The notes under the pieces are model-generated. The model saw only the letters and a list, made by a program, of their open reading frames with translations. It searched no databases and was not told the origin of the DNA. Positions 1 to 10,570 of a DNA stretch of 64,000 nt are shown here, in pieces. Positions within the stretch are counted from its first letter, which is position 1. Every line of letters starts with the position of its first letter. The DNA is from a virus. The position numbers were made by a program, and so were the translations under genes. The stretch is taken from the IMG/VR virus record IMGVR_UViG_3300022752_000038, positions 31,042-95,041 of that record; one strand, 5' to 3'.

Positions 1-1308
1 GAACCAGCAAAAGCCTTTGCTGAAGGTGGATATACCGGCCCCGGCAGTAAATATGAACCTGCAGGTGTAGTACACGCCGGAGAATACGTTGTTAATGCAG
101 AACAAACTAAACAATGGGCGCCGTTATTAGAAATGATTAATAGTGGTGACGCTACTATAGGAGCTATAAGTGCACAAGTAAATTATCCTCCTGTACCTGC
201 ATATGGTAGTGGCGATCGTATGCTCGATATGGAATCCATGGCTAGATTAGTTGACGTGCGTGACGGTAAAGTAGATTTAATGAATTTATCAGCTGACGCT
301 ATAGACTATGCTAATACAAAATTAAATGTAACAAAAGCTTGGGTAGAAACTGCAAAACAATTAGAGGATATGCAGGGACTAAATGAATTAGCTAATTTAA
401 CAGCATACGGACAACGATATAAAACTGCAAATTTAATACAAACTGGAACTACCCGTAAAGTTAATTTTGGATATGCTGATGGCGGGTTAGTAGAATCTAT
501 ACAAGCTGGATCAGAAATGTACGGTAACGTTGATGCAGCTAATACTGTATTATCCGGAGCAAAGGCAAGTACAGAGACTGGAGGATTCTTTAGTAGTATG
601 TTCTCCGGAGTAAAAGGTCTGTTCGGTAAAGCAACATCAGCGCTCAGTGGAGGATTAAATGTTGTACAAAAAATTACAAAACCAGTAACAAAGTTTTTAC
701 AGTCATCTGCCGGTAAGCTTTTAGGTCCAGTATTATCAATTGTATCATCTGTATCTGATGTAATGACAAAAATTAGTAGTGCTAAAGAAGTAGTAGCTTC
801 AGGCGGCACTGTAGACGCAACTACACTCGGATTAGATATATTACAAGCGGGTGCTTATCCAATAGCCAACGGTCTACTTAATTTTATACCTGGCGTAGGA
901 TCAATTATTTCAGCTTCAGATGCATTATTAAACATGTTCGGATTTTCACCTGTAAAATGGCTTACAGATAATTTGATAACTCTATTACCAGACAGTTTAT
1001 TTGATTCTGTAGGAGAGTGGGCATTAGATACTGGCAATAATCAACAAACTACTACGCCCGCAGGTGTTACTGTACAACCGCCTCCGGCTAGTACCGTAAC
1101 GGTTCAAGCTAATGACTTTATGATAGAGCCAAATGCTAATGATAAAATTGGCGGCGTGTTAGATAATAAATCTGTTGATGAAATGGTAAATCTGTTAAGA
1201 CAAATGGTAGGACTATTAGGTCAACGTCAGACTGTATCATTATCAAATCAAACGGCAATGGATATTGTAAAAGTAGCTACTGCTGATAGATCGTTTAGGA
1301 CTTTTTAA
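1..1308 (+). CDS. Tail tape measure protein, C-terminal part (5'-truncated by the window)
   Basis: Frame is open from base 1: EPAKAFAEGGYTGPGSKYEPAGVVHAGEYVV, a typical tape-measure C-terminal motif. Gly/Ala/Ser-rich amphipathic segments; precedes baseplate genes. Confidence 0.8.
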   Translation, partial: EPAKAFAEGGYTGPGSKYEPAGVVHAGEYVVNAEQTKQWAPLLEMINSGDATIGAISAQVNYPPVPAYGSGDRMLDMESMARLVDVRDGKVDLMNLSADAIDYANTKLNVTKAWVETAKQLEDMQGLNELANLTAYGQRYKTANLIQTGTTRKVNFGYADGGLVESIQAGSEMYGNVDAANTVLSGAKASTETGGFFSSMFSGVKGLFGKATSALSGGLNVVQKITKPVTKFLQSSAGKLLGPVLSIVSSVSDVMTKISSAKEVVASGGTVDATTLGLDILQAGAYPIANGLLNFIPGVGSIISASDALLNMFGFSPVKWLTDNLITLLPDSLFDSVGEWALDTGNNQQTTTPAGVTVQPPPASTVTVQANDFMIEPNANDKIGGVLDNKSVDEMVNLLRQMVGLLGQRQTVSLSNQTAMDIVKVATADRSFRTF

Positions 1309-1320
1309 AGGATATAAACC

Positions 1321-4038
1321 ATGGCATTAATTGATTTGAAATCTGATTTAAGTTGGTATGGTAAGACACCGCCACATGGCGTGTATCGCGATGATCGCAA
1401 CAATACAAAATTTACATATAATGACGATTTAACAGTAACCGCTGCAGTCACAGGCAATGCCGGGCAAAATTTAACACCAAAGACATCAGCCGATGAATTT
1501 AATGCGAGTAATGGAGTATCTAAACGTAAAACTCAACTCGGTGTCGGTACGCAGTTACCAATCGGGCCAACAGGCGGTTTGTTCAACTTTGATACTAAGC
1601 GTATCGGATGGCATGCAGACTCTAAATATGGAAGTGTATTTAACAAACTTTTAGATATTGGTTTAGCTAAAACATATGTCAATAACTCGCCGCTTAAAGA
1701 CATGTACAATAGATTTAAAGTACATGACGAAATATACGACGCATTTGGATACGCAAAAACAGTTATACTACGTGGTATACAACAAGATGATAGATCAGAT
1801 CCACAACGCTGGGGACTAAATTCTCCAACAATGGATGTGCCCCGCGATGGCGTAGTATCAACTGCGGAACGTATAGCTAATGATGCTGCACGATTAGGTA
1901 AATTCCTGATACGGCCTACCGGATTGCTATTTTTAGCTAAACAACAGCTGTTGCATTTAATGCAACCTAATCCAGAACAAGTAAGCGGAAATGTCGGTGT
2001 AATTGATCCTATAAAATTATTTAATCCTGTTAACTTTTTAGCATCTGCACTAGGATCGCCGTTAGGATTGCGTTTTAAAAACTGGGGATTGCAACCGTTA
2101 ATAAGTTTGTCTCCGACATATGAATCAACTAAAAAAGCACAAAATATAATATTAAGTTCTGTGCCTCCATTGCCGATTGCAGGTTTGGGTTTTAATAGAT
2201 TGCTAAATTTACATTTTCAACGCATTGGTAATTTTGTAAATCCATTAGGTTTCGTTGAATGGTTAGCTCCTAGCGCAGCTACAGGGCCTGATAGTGTTGC
2301 GGGAATTGGACGTACTAATTTTACTAAAAGACAAGAATACAATACGTTTACATATCCATCAGGTATAGGCGAAATTGAATCTATACCGATCGGTGATGTG
2401 TTGAGTTGGAGTAATACTTACGGCCGGCAAAACGCAATTCTAGACTTACCAGTACCAAGCGATGTGTATAATATAGGCGCACATCTCGTCAAGCCGATAT
2501 ATAACGCTAAACAATTGGAAGGTGCTAGTACAGATTTGGACACAAACTTTTACGTTAAGCAAAAGAAAAATCAAAGAATAGGATTCATGCGCTTCTCGGC
2601 TGACGGTGATAAGCGAGAATTATCTACACGTAAAATGATGATTAATCGTGTAAGTGACGATAACTTTGTATTAATAACAACGCCTGACGAGGGTACGAGT
2701 ACAGACCTATTTCCATTAACCGGATTACGTGCTCAATTTGATTGGCACGATGCAAATGGCGATACCACAGATTGGTACGGTAGAAATATTAAAGCTTCTC
2801 CGACAACATTAAGTTTTCTAGGTCCCGAATCAAGTAAGAATGCAGCTGTAATATATTTAGGAACACGTACGGCCGGTAAAAATACTGGAGAATATATTAC
2901 CGAAGATGCTAATGATGATGGAGATATTAAATCATTTAATCCAGGTAGACGATTTTCAGATGGGGATAAAGCTTTAGCCGAAAAACTTGCAGATACCGTT
3001 AAGGTAGATGATAAGATGAAAGGTAAGTTTTTTGGAGGAGTAAAAGAATTAGTAGAGAAAAAGTTTGACCGAGCCACTGCTCCAGAACCAACCACAATTA
3101 TAGATTATAGGGCAATGTCATATCCGCAGATACGTAAAACTACAAAAGATAGGGTATCAGGTACTAGTAAAGTATTAGATTTTCGTACATTACAGGACGG
3201 CGCTGCGAAAGAATGGGATACTACTAAAAAGCCTACATTAGAAAGTTTTTACGGATATACTTCGTATAATGCAGCAGATCGTAGAACAGCAAAGCCAGAT
3301 CCAGTACAAAATGCAGGATTTGGTACAGGCACGAACAATACGAGTAATATTAAAGATTTAATAAAATTTGAATTTGAAGGATTGGGCGGCCCGCAGCACG
3401 GTAAACGATACATGTTTAGAGCATATATAAATTCATTAGATGATACGTTTTCTCCCAGCTGGAGCGGACAACAAGACCAGGGCCGTGCTGACCAAAAATA
3501 TTTGTATGCTAGTTATGAACGGCAAATAAATGTAGATTTTAAAGTAGTTGTACATTCACATAAAGAAATGGGAACGGTATGGGATAAATTATCCGAACTA
3601 GCACAAAATACATTGCCAGTATATCCTGGTGGTGGATTTCATGGTCAATTTATACGTATAACAATAGGTGACTTATATGTTAGACAATATATGTTTATTA
3701 ATAGTCTAACATATTCATGGGATAATGAAACTCCATGGGAAATAACCGAAGGAATGCAATTACCATTATACACAGACGTTTCATTAGGACTTACACATGT
3801 GGGTGCAAGCAAACCGCAATCCGGGCAAAATCCGTTCCAGTACGACAGAAAAACTAGATTGTACGGTCCATTCGGCGATGAATTTACATATACCGCAGCT
3901 GCCGGCGTGTCCCAACCAGAAACTCGTGATAACATTACCGACAGTGTTCCATATGATTCTACAGAAAATAAAGCTACAGTTTATTCAGAAGAGCAGCCTG
4001 CAGAAGATAAAGCAGCAGCTGAAGCTGGAGCAGAATAA
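1321..4038 (+). CDS. Tail/baseplate protein with C-terminal tube-initiator-like domain
   Basis: C-terminal FRAYINSLDDTFSPSW..GRAD..Y.Y..YERQINVDF..ITIGDLY..FINSLTYSW..PWEI pattern typical of contractile-tail tube/initiator proteins; directly after the tape measure. Confidence 0.6.
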   Translation: MALIDLKSDLSWYGKTPPHGVYRDDRNNTKFTYNDDLTVTAAVTGNAGQNLTPKTSADEFNASNGVSKRKTQLGVGTQLPIGPTGGLFNFDTKRIGWHADSKYGSVFNKLLDIGLAKTYVNNSPLKDMYNRFKVHDEIYDAFGYAKTVILRGIQQDDRSDPQRWGLNSPTMDVPRDGVVSTAERIANDAARLGKFLIRPTGLLFLAKQQLLHLMQPNPEQVSGNVGVIDPIKLFNPVNFLASALGSPLGLRFKNWGLQPLISLSPTYESTKKAQNIILSSVPPLPIAGLGFNRLLNLHFQRIGNFVNPLGFVEWLAPSAATGPDSVAGIGRTNFTKRQEYNTFTYPSGIGEIESIPIGDVLSWSNTYGRQNAILDLPVPSDVYNIGAHLVKPIYNAKQLEGASTDLDTNFYVKQKKNQRIGFMRFSADGDKRELSTRKMMINRVSDDNFVLITTPDEGTSTDLFPLTGLRAQFDWHDANGDTTDWYGRNIKASPTTLSFLGPESSKNAAVIYLGTRTAGKNTGEYITEDANDDGDIKSFNPGRRFSDGDKALAEKLADTVKVDDKMKGKFFGGVKELVEKKFDRATAPEPTTIIDYRAMSYPQIRKTTKDRVSGTSKVLDFRTLQDGAAKEWDTTKKPTLESFYGYTSYNAADRRTAKPDPVQNAGFGTGTNNTSNIKDLIKFEFEGLGGPQHGKRYMFRAYINSLDDTFSPSWSGQQDQGRADQKYLYASYERQINVDFKVVVHSHKEMGTVWDKLSELAQNTLPVYPGGGFHGQFIRITIGDLYVRQYMFINSLTYSWDNETPWEITEGMQLPLYTDVSLGLTHVGASKPQSGQNPFQYDRKTRLYGPFGDEFTYTAAAGVSQPETRDNITDSVPYDSTENKATVYSEEQPAEDKAAAEAGAE

Positions 4039-4056
4039 ATTAATTAAAGATATACA

Positions 4057-4365
4057 ATGGAAGATAGAAATCGATACACAAAACAAACATCTTACAATGG
4101 ATTTAAAGCATATGCTACGTCTAAAATTTTTAAAACTCCGACTAGTCCTGACGATCAATATATAATTTCGCGGGAACGTGATCGTTTAGATTCATTAGCA
4201 TATGAATTTTACGGAGATGCTAGATTTTGGATATTAATAGCTGAGGCTAATAATCTAGGAAAAGGATCTTTTGCAGTACCACCCGGACTTCAACTACGTA
4301 TACCTAGTAGAACTTTTATACTAGAAGTGGACAATACATTGCGACGTACAGAGGAAGAACGTTAA
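4057..4365 (+). CDS. LysM-like baseplate wedge protein (gp53/tail X-like)
   Basis: YII..ERDRLDSLAYEFYGDARFWILIAEANNL...PGLQLRIP. Confidence 0.8.
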   Translation: MEDRNRYTKQTSYNGFKAYATSKIFKTPTSPDDQYIISRERDRLDSLAYEFYGDARFWILIAEANNLGKGSFAVPPGLQLRIPSRTFILEVDNTLRRTEEER

Positions 4366-4372
4366 TATTTAT
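4365..4372 (+). promoter_or_regulatory. ATATTTAT motif (class B, putative late promoter)
   Basis: Exact 8-mer upstream of ATG 4391; recurs before many putative virion genes. Confidence 0.55.
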
Positions 4373-4390
4373 CTAAAATAAAGTTATAGT

Positions 4391-6238
4391 ATGGCATCGT
4401 ATTTTAATAGAGGATCAGCACCTGGTGTACCGGGTCATGGTAAAGGATATTTACATAAAGCGGTACCTAACGCTAGCGTTAGTGTTAGCATGAACGGATT
4501 TGGTTTGCCTGCAAATGGAACTGGATTTGATATTTATGGCGGCGGCGGCCGGCCCGGCTATAAATTAAATAGTGTAACAGTAGAAACCGGCGATTCTTTA
4601 GGTATGGTTACACGCGCTGAAGCTAGTTTTACATGTTTTACATTAGGGGCATTTCAGGCAGCAAAATCCACGGCTATGAAATTCGGAAAACCAATGAGTG
4701 TTAGTATCGGATATGTATCTGGGGCAGGTAGTGGTGGACAAGGAATAAGTGTAAGTAATTTAATGATATATAGTTTTAAATGGAACTTAACTAAAGATAA
4801 CTTTTTTGATTGTTCGGTGTCTGGTATTGCTGCATCAACATCAATTCTAAAAGCTGAATTATCATCTACTGGTTGGTCAGGCATAACCTTTAAAGACGGC
4901 ACAAAAGATGCACCCGGATCAGATGTACCAGTTGGATCAATACCAGCATGGATACGACATACAGCGCAGGGCGGTGGTACGACTACAGATGATACTATTT
5001 TAACTGCCGGCGAAGGCGGCAAGTTAGTAGGTGATGTATTAGTAATGAAGAATCCATTATTAAATACAGAAGAAGCTCCGGCAGAACCAGATCCAGCCAC
5101 AACTGCATATGTAGATTCTAAATTAGCATCTTTACCAGGCGGTCCGCCAAAAGATACTCCTTGTTTTTATTACATTACATTAGCAAAACTTGTACAATTA
5201 ATTAATACATATTATTCTGTAACTATTAAACCATCGGATATAAATTCTTGTTGGCGAGGTCAGCCTAATTTTAAACTCGACGAGTCGGCTACAAATGCAG
5301 GAATAATTAGTCCGTCTATATGTAGTGCAGAACCATTTAAAATGTTAATTCCAGGTGTAGCTAATTACGGACTTAGTAGTCAAGGCGAAGGCCCGCCAGC
5401 GACTGCCGGTAAATATTTAGCTGATGATGCTGGTGCAACAACGGCTATTACAGGTACCGGTATAAACTGCGGAAACATTTTAATATCTGCAAACTGGTTA
5501 GCTTCAGATATAATGGGCCCAGGAAATGGGTTTGAAGCTCCAGATACTGCTACTGCTAATAAAGCTGCAGCTGATACGCCAAAAGGTACAAAGTTTTCAT
5601 TTGAATCATTTTTTAAAAAATTATTTGATGGTATTTCTTTTCTAACCGGTGGAGCTATTAAATTACAACTAGTTGCCCCGCATTCAGGAAATTCAGCTGA
5701 TATATTAATAATAGCATTAAATAGCGGTACTATCACTAGTGGTGCATCCGTTTTTGATCCGTTTAGTGGTAACCAAGCCATTAGACAACTAGATTTAGGA
5801 TGTGCTCCGGCATCTGCAGATGGATTTGCTATAGCAGTAAAACATCCATCTAATGCAGGCCCGGCAAAGTGGAATGGAGAAGCTGCTAGCGGTACTAACC
5901 AAGCTGCGGCATTAAAGTTAGTACAAGACATGTCTAATTCAGGATTGACAAACGATAAATACTCAGCTGATTCGTCCAAAACGTTACGTGAAGCATTAGC
6001 TGCTGTTGTATCGGGAGCTTCTGCAGAAGATGCACGAACAGGGAAAGTAGCTGTTACAGATGCACAATTTCCTATGACATTTAGAGCTACAATACAAGGT
6101 CATGGCGGATTTAAATTTGGACAACGAGTTACTGTTGCAGGTATAGGTGGCGGATCGTTTATGGTAACTAAAGTTACACATACAGCCGCGGAAAACGATT
6201 GGCAGTCAGTAGTAGAAGCAGTATGGTTAGGAGGTTAA
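4391..6238 (+). CDS. Putative baseplate hub protein (gp27-like)
   Basis: Follows the LysM gene; C-terminal FPMTFRATIQGHGGFKFGQRVTV..FMVTKVTHT..NDWQSVVEA resembles hub C-terminal barrels. Confidence 0.55.
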   Translation: MASYFNRGSAPGVPGHGKGYLHKAVPNASVSVSMNGFGLPANGTGFDIYGGGGRPGYKLNSVTVETGDSLGMVTRAEASFTCFTLGAFQAAKSTAMKFGKPMSVSIGYVSGAGSGGQGISVSNLMIYSFKWNLTKDNFFDCSVSGIAASTSILKAELSSTGWSGITFKDGTKDAPGSDVPVGSIPAWIRHTAQGGGTTTDDTILTAGEGGKLVGDVLVMKNPLLNTEEAPAEPDPATTAYVDSKLASLPGGPPKDTPCFYYITLAKLVQLINTYYSVTIKPSDINSCWRGQPNFKLDESATNAGIISPSICSAEPFKMLIPGVANYGLSSQGEGPPATAGKYLADDAGATTAITGTGINCGNILISANWLASDIMGPGNGFEAPDTATANKAAADTPKGTKFSFESFFKKLFDGISFLTGGAIKLQLVAPHSGNSADILIIALNSGTITSGASVFDPFSGNQAIRQLDLGCAPASADGFAIAVKHPSNAGPAKWNGEAASGTNQAAALKLVQDMSNSGLTNDKYSADSSKTLREALAAVVSGASAEDARTGKVAVTDAQFPMTFRATIQGHGGFKFGQRVTVAGIGGGSFMVTKVTHTAAENDWQSVVEAVWLGG

Positions 6239-6241
6239 TAT

Positions 6242-6808
6242 ATGCGTTTAAAATCTTTTTATCTAAAAAGTGAAATACAAACAGGTTTTTACGCAAATCC
6301 AGGTGAATGGGTATTAGAAGATGGCACTGAATATGTAGGTGTATATTGTTTAGCAGCTGGTATACCAGTAACCGGAGAAACGCCTACTAACAAATCTCAA
6401 GCGTTACGTAAGGGGGGAGCTGCTGGTATTTATCACCTGCGTCCGGAAAATATTGACTATTTTAATCTACGTAAAAAACGACCACAATATCATAATCATA
6501 AGTTGCCGGTTTATTATCAACCAGTGCCTACGCCTGATGATTACATTAAACGTCAATTCACACGATACTTTGTACAAAAGATTAATCAACTAGATTACAT
6601 TGTAGAAATTGATAAAGATCAATATAAAGATGCAAATTCAAACAATAAACCTGGTATTAATTTACTTTTGTTTCGTCGCGGACAAATTACATGGTCTATT
6701 AAAGGACAAGAGTCATTAGAGTATAATGAACGTGCTTTAATAGTTTTAGAAGATACCTTTCCAGGCATTCGTGAATATTTTTCATATTATGGCGAATATG
6801 TAATCTAA
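6242..6808 (+). CDS. Hypothetical, probably baseplate-associated protein
   Basis: 188-aa ORF at the end of the tail module; PTPDDY..FTRYF motif. Confidence 0.45.
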   Translation: MRLKSFYLKSEIQTGFYANPGEWVLEDGTEYVGVYCLAAGIPVTGETPTNKSQALRKGGAAGIYHLRPENIDYFNLRKKRPQYHNHKLPVYYQPVPTPDDYIKRQFTRYFVQKINQLDYIVEIDKDQYKDANSNNKPGINLLLFRRGQITWSIKGQESLEYNERALIVLEDTFPGIREYFSYYGEYVI

Positions 6809-6812
6809 ATAT

Positions 6813-6845
6813 TTGGATTCGTACGATAAACATCTTATAATTAAG
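6813..6845 (+). promoter_or_regulatory. Class A bipartite promoter
   Basis: TTGGATT at 6813, TTATAATTAAG at 6835 (offset 22); ATG at 6848. Confidence 0.75.
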
Positions 6846-6847
6846 AA

Positions 6848-8188
6848 ATGTTTATTGATTCCGAAATAGAGTTACAAGTTGTATATGACTGTTTACGAGC
6901 CGGAGATAGTTTCTGGATTCCAATATTTTCTGATAACTATAAACATTACACGCAAAACCGTTTAAGTGCGTTATACATATATAGTATAGCTCACGATAGA
7001 GACTTTGTCGTATCATTTCATAATCCAGATTGTAAAAACTTTAATATAGAACTTTTACAGAAGTTTACAAGTTCATATAATATCTTTGTACTTTCAAAAA
7101 AACGATTCGTTTATACGTATGCAAATAGTTGTTATGATGCTGATTTGTTTGCATGGTGGCACACTAACAAAATGTTGCCATTGGACAATACGGATACTAC
7201 GGCACATGATATGTGGAATAAATGGTGGTTTACAGAATCTAATAGTAATGATTGGTTTCCGATGACTAAGCATTTAGAAAGGTGTCGTAGCATGCGCGGG
7301 GTATTTATGAACATATATAACTCATATCAGATAACAGATGAATTTAAAGAATATGAAAAATATATTATCGATAATTTATTTGGTATTGAAGTAAATGGTA
7401 TACATGTAAATACGGCACTATTACAAGAACATTTTAATCAAACGACACGTTCTGGATTTATGCATAGCGAATACAATACATATACCAGTACTGGACGTCC
7501 TAGTAATAAGTTTGGTGGTATTAATTATGCTGCTTTAAATAAAGATAATGGCTCGCGTAGTATGATATGTAGTAGATTTAACCGCGGTATGTTATTAGAA
7601 TTTGATTACGATGCATTCCATGTACGGTTAATCGCCGATCTCATTGATTATAAATTACCAGATGAATCTGTACATACATATTTTGGTAGACAATATTTCA
7701 ATAAAACGGAATTGACTACAGAAGAATATGAACAAAGCAAACAAATGACATTTCATTTGTTGTATGGTGGTATTGATAAAGAGTTTGAAAAGATTCCGTT
7801 CTTCGGTAAAACTAAACAATACATTGCTGATCTATGGAAACAGTTTAAACGTGATGGATATATAGTAACTCCTAAGTTTAAACGTGCCATTAAATGGGAT
7901 AGCATTACGGATGCGAATGCCGGTAAATTATTTAATTATCTATTACAAGCCACAGAGACTGAACATAACATGCTAGTAATAAACGAATTGCATGACATGT
8001 TATCCGAGTATTCTAGTAAGTTGATATTGTATACTTATGATTCGCTATTGTTTGATTTTGATCTAAATGATAACAAAGATCTTATCCTAAAGCTAAAGAA
8101 AATAATATCTGCAAACGGATTTCCTGTAAAAATAAAAGCTGGCGTTAACTATCATGCCATGCAGGATATGACAAACAAAGTTTGTTGA
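6848..8188 (+). CDS. Short, atypical family A DNA polymerase
   Basis: TSTGRPS, motif A EFDYDAFHVR, motif B KQMTFHLLYGG, NYLLQATE, motif C YTYDSLLFD; no 5'-3' exonuclease domain. Confidence 0.85.
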   Translation: MFIDSEIELQVVYDCLRAGDSFWIPIFSDNYKHYTQNRLSALYIYSIAHDRDFVVSFHNPDCKNFNIELLQKFTSSYNIFVLSKKRFVYTYANSCYDADLFAWWHTNKMLPLDNTDTTAHDMWNKWWFTESNSNDWFPMTKHLERCRSMRGVFMNIYNSYQITDEFKEYEKYIIDNLFGIEVNGIHVNTALLQEHFNQTTRSGFMHSEYNTYTSTGRPSNKFGGINYAALNKDNGSRSMICSRFNRGMLLEFDYDAFHVRLIADLIDYKLPDESVHTYFGRQYFNKTELTTEEYEQSKQMTFHLLYGGIDKEFEKIPFFGKTKQYIADLWKQFKRDGYIVTPKFKRAIKWDSITDANAGKLFNYLLQATETEHNMLVINELHDMLSEYSSKLILYTYDSLLFDFDLNDNKDLILKLKKIISANGFPVKIKAGVNYHAMQDMTNKVC

Positions 8189-8218
8189 ATATTTATTAAT
8201 AAAGTTACGAATATTTAT
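8189..8218 (+). promoter_or_regulatory. Tandem ATATTTAT motifs (class B)
   Basis: Copies at 8189-8196 and 8211-8218 before the ferritin ATG at 8230. Confidence 0.55.
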
Positions 8219-8229
8219 AATAAACTCAT

Positions 8230-8778
8230 ATGATGACATTACCAAATTCAATCGTACAAAACGTAGTATCGACGCAAGAAAGTGTAATAAAACCAAAAAC
8301 ACTTACTCCAGAAATTGTTGATACGTTAAATTCAGCAATAGCTGAAGAATATGCTGCACATTATTTTTATCGCGGGGCAGCTAATTGGTGCCAAGGAGTT
8401 GGCTATACTAAAGCGGCCGCATTTTACTCAGGCGAAGCAGCTGCCGAACTAGAACATGCTGAAAAATTGCAAAAGTATCTTGTAGATTGGAACGCCACTC
8501 CGTTGTTACCTGCTATTAAATTTAACGGTGAATTTGCGCATTTAATTGATGTAGTTAACAAGTCATACGCTATTGAGTATCAGTTAGGTGATAAGTATAT
8601 GACATGGGCAAGTCAAATGTTTAATACACATTTAATGACATTTAATTTCTTGCAAGAGTTTGTAGATATTCAAAATGAATCAATTGCTGAGTCATCTGAT
8701 TTATTAAATGCCGCTCAACTAGTTGATGTTTCCAATAAACTTGATCTATTACATTATGAAGAAAGATACTTTGGTTAA
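8230..8778 (+). CDS. ftn: Ferritin (non-heme type)
   Basis: LN.AIAEEY.A.Y.Y, ELEHAEKL, E..E and F.D.Q..E ferroxidase-type helices. Confidence 0.85.
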   Translation: MMTLPNSIVQNVVSTQESVIKPKTLTPEIVDTLNSAIAEEYAAHYFYRGAANWCQGVGYTKAAAFYSGEAAAELEHAEKLQKYLVDWNATPLLPAIKFNGEFAHLIDVVNKSYAIEYQLGDKYMTWASQMFNTHLMTFNFLQEFVDIQNESIAESSDLLNAAQLVDVSNKLDLLHYEERYFG

Positions 8779-10570
8779 TATAATTGACTTAGATAATTTA
8801 CTGAATCCTAACCAAGAGTCGGTAACTAATATAGTTGTCGAGTCAATCCAACCTGAATCTAAACATGACATGTCTACAATGCCGATCGACATTGATTGGG
8901 ACGATATAATCTCAGAATGGTTTTATCGTTTACCAAAAGGCTATGCAGAACATCCGTATAGCGACGAAGAATTAGTCGTGTTAAATCAAGTTATATTTGA
9001 ACATGGTTATGATGTTACTAATAATATAATTGTAGAAGCTTCATTTACGCCATCTGAATTAAACCGTGACAAATATTTTCAAGCATTTATTGATCGTATA
9101 AGTGCCGGCGAGCCATTCACATTAGAGCCAGATAAAACAAAACAAGTGATTGACAAGTCATTCCTTGATACCATGACTCAAATTGCCAATGTAACAGATT
9201 TTGATGAGCGATTGGCATTGATTAAAAATACATTTAAGAAGCCAGTTATTCCATTGGCAAACAATACTATAGTTAAATTATCAGATATAAGTAAAGATAC
9301 ATTTACTGCTAAACAAACTACTAGTGGTTTAACGGGTACAGAAACTCCTGACTTCAAAGAAGGCTTGGTAGTATTCTTTTATACATGCCCTGAAAAGCTA
9401 TTAAATGTTGTTTATAACTTTCTTGTTGGTTCTGATGATTCGCCACCTGATTTTGGCAAACTAATTAATAATATGAATGTAGACCATTACGGTAGCAAGT
9501 CTCACGGCTTTGTGAAAACAGGTGTTGAGCTACTAGCATCAGGATCAGAATTAGATCAAAAAACAAAGAAACTATTTTTAAATGCTGTATCAGCTGCGTA
9601 TACAATTAAACAAAAATGGGGCGAAGGTTATGTTATTGACCGCGGCCCATTCTTTGAATCTATACGAAATGCAGCAAATGCAATTACTGGAATTCCTAAA
9701 GACAAATGGTGTCCAGGCGATGTATATCTTTATAAACAAAATGATAAAACAGAAATTGAACGTGTAGTAAAAGAGTCAGAAAAAACTAACTCAATAATTA
9801 ATATTGTTGATAAACGTAATAAAGTATTACAAGTTGGATTGAATTCATTATTTGATACTGAAAGTCCGTTGGTTATTGCTGTTTCATTGAAAGAAGAAAA
9901 TGCATTGAGTGGTAGAGCAAAAGATTTCTTATCTGTAAAAAAATTATCAAATACAGAAATGGGATCTGAGAAAGATGACTTTACTAAAGAAGAATTTGCA
10001 TTGATTTCTGGTAAGGTTAAAATTACAACTGAACTAGCGCAAAAATATCAAACACAGTATAATAGTAGTAAAAAAGCATATGCGGCACTTATTAAAAAGT
10101 TTGGATATACTCATAACTTTGCAGCAAGTAGATTCAAAGATCCAGAGCCGGCAGTTGCTATACGTAATACTATAATCAAGTCAGCAGCATATCGTCTAAT
10201 GTCTAAATACTTTAATTCATTTGATACATTGAAAGGTATTAATGATGTAATGAAAAACTACAAAGACCCATTCCTAGCATTGACAGCATATGGAGTTTCT
10301 TTGTCAGGATTCAATCCTACTTTTTACAAAGTGGTTGCAAGTGCATCCGGTGATTACGGGCATGTTACTGTGTTTGAAGGACGTGATAATTTAAAAGCTG
10401 ATTCAGATTCAGTTACAACTATTGATACGCCAACTAAAGCTGGTATTTATTTATCCTTTATAACAAAGATGGGCGAAACAAAATATCAAACCAAACTGGA
10501 TATACGTGAATCAAAAAGCGGAGCTAGTATAACAATTGCTATTATTGTTGATGAGTTCCATGAATCATGA
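8756..10570 (+). CDS. Putative virion-internal protein with restriction-endonuclease-like PD-(D/E)xK domain
   Basis: DKWCPGDVYLY...AVSLKE motif pair; N-terminal acidic segment ending IIVE; start uncertain (8723 or 8756). Confidence 0.45.
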   Translation: MKKDTLVNIIDLDNLLNPNQESVTNIVVESIQPESKHDMSTMPIDIDWDDIISEWFYRLPKGYAEHPYSDEELVVLNQVIFEHGYDVTNNIIVEASFTPSELNRDKYFQAFIDRISAGEPFTLEPDKTKQVIDKSFLDTMTQIANVTDFDERLALIKNTFKKPVIPLANNTIVKLSDISKDTFTAKQTTSGLTGTETPDFKEGLVVFFYTCPEKLLNVVYNFLVGSDDSPPDFGKLINNMNVDHYGSKSHGFVKTGVELLASGSELDQKTKKLFLNAVSAAYTIKQKWGEGYVIDRGPFFESIRNAANAITGIPKDKWCPGDVYLYKQNDKTEIERVVKESEKTNSIINIVDKRNKVLQVGLNSLFDTESPLVIAVSLKEENALSGRAKDFLSVKKLSNTEMGSEKDDFTKEEFALISGKVKITTELAQKYQTQYNSSKKAYAALIKKFGYTHNFAASRFKDPEPAVAIRNTIIKSAAYRLMSKYFNSFDTLKGINDVMKNYKDPFLALTAYGVSLSGFNPTFYKVVASASGDYGHVTVFEGRDNLKADSDSVTTIDTPTKAGIYLSFITKMGETKYQTKLDIRESKSGASITIAIIVDEFHES

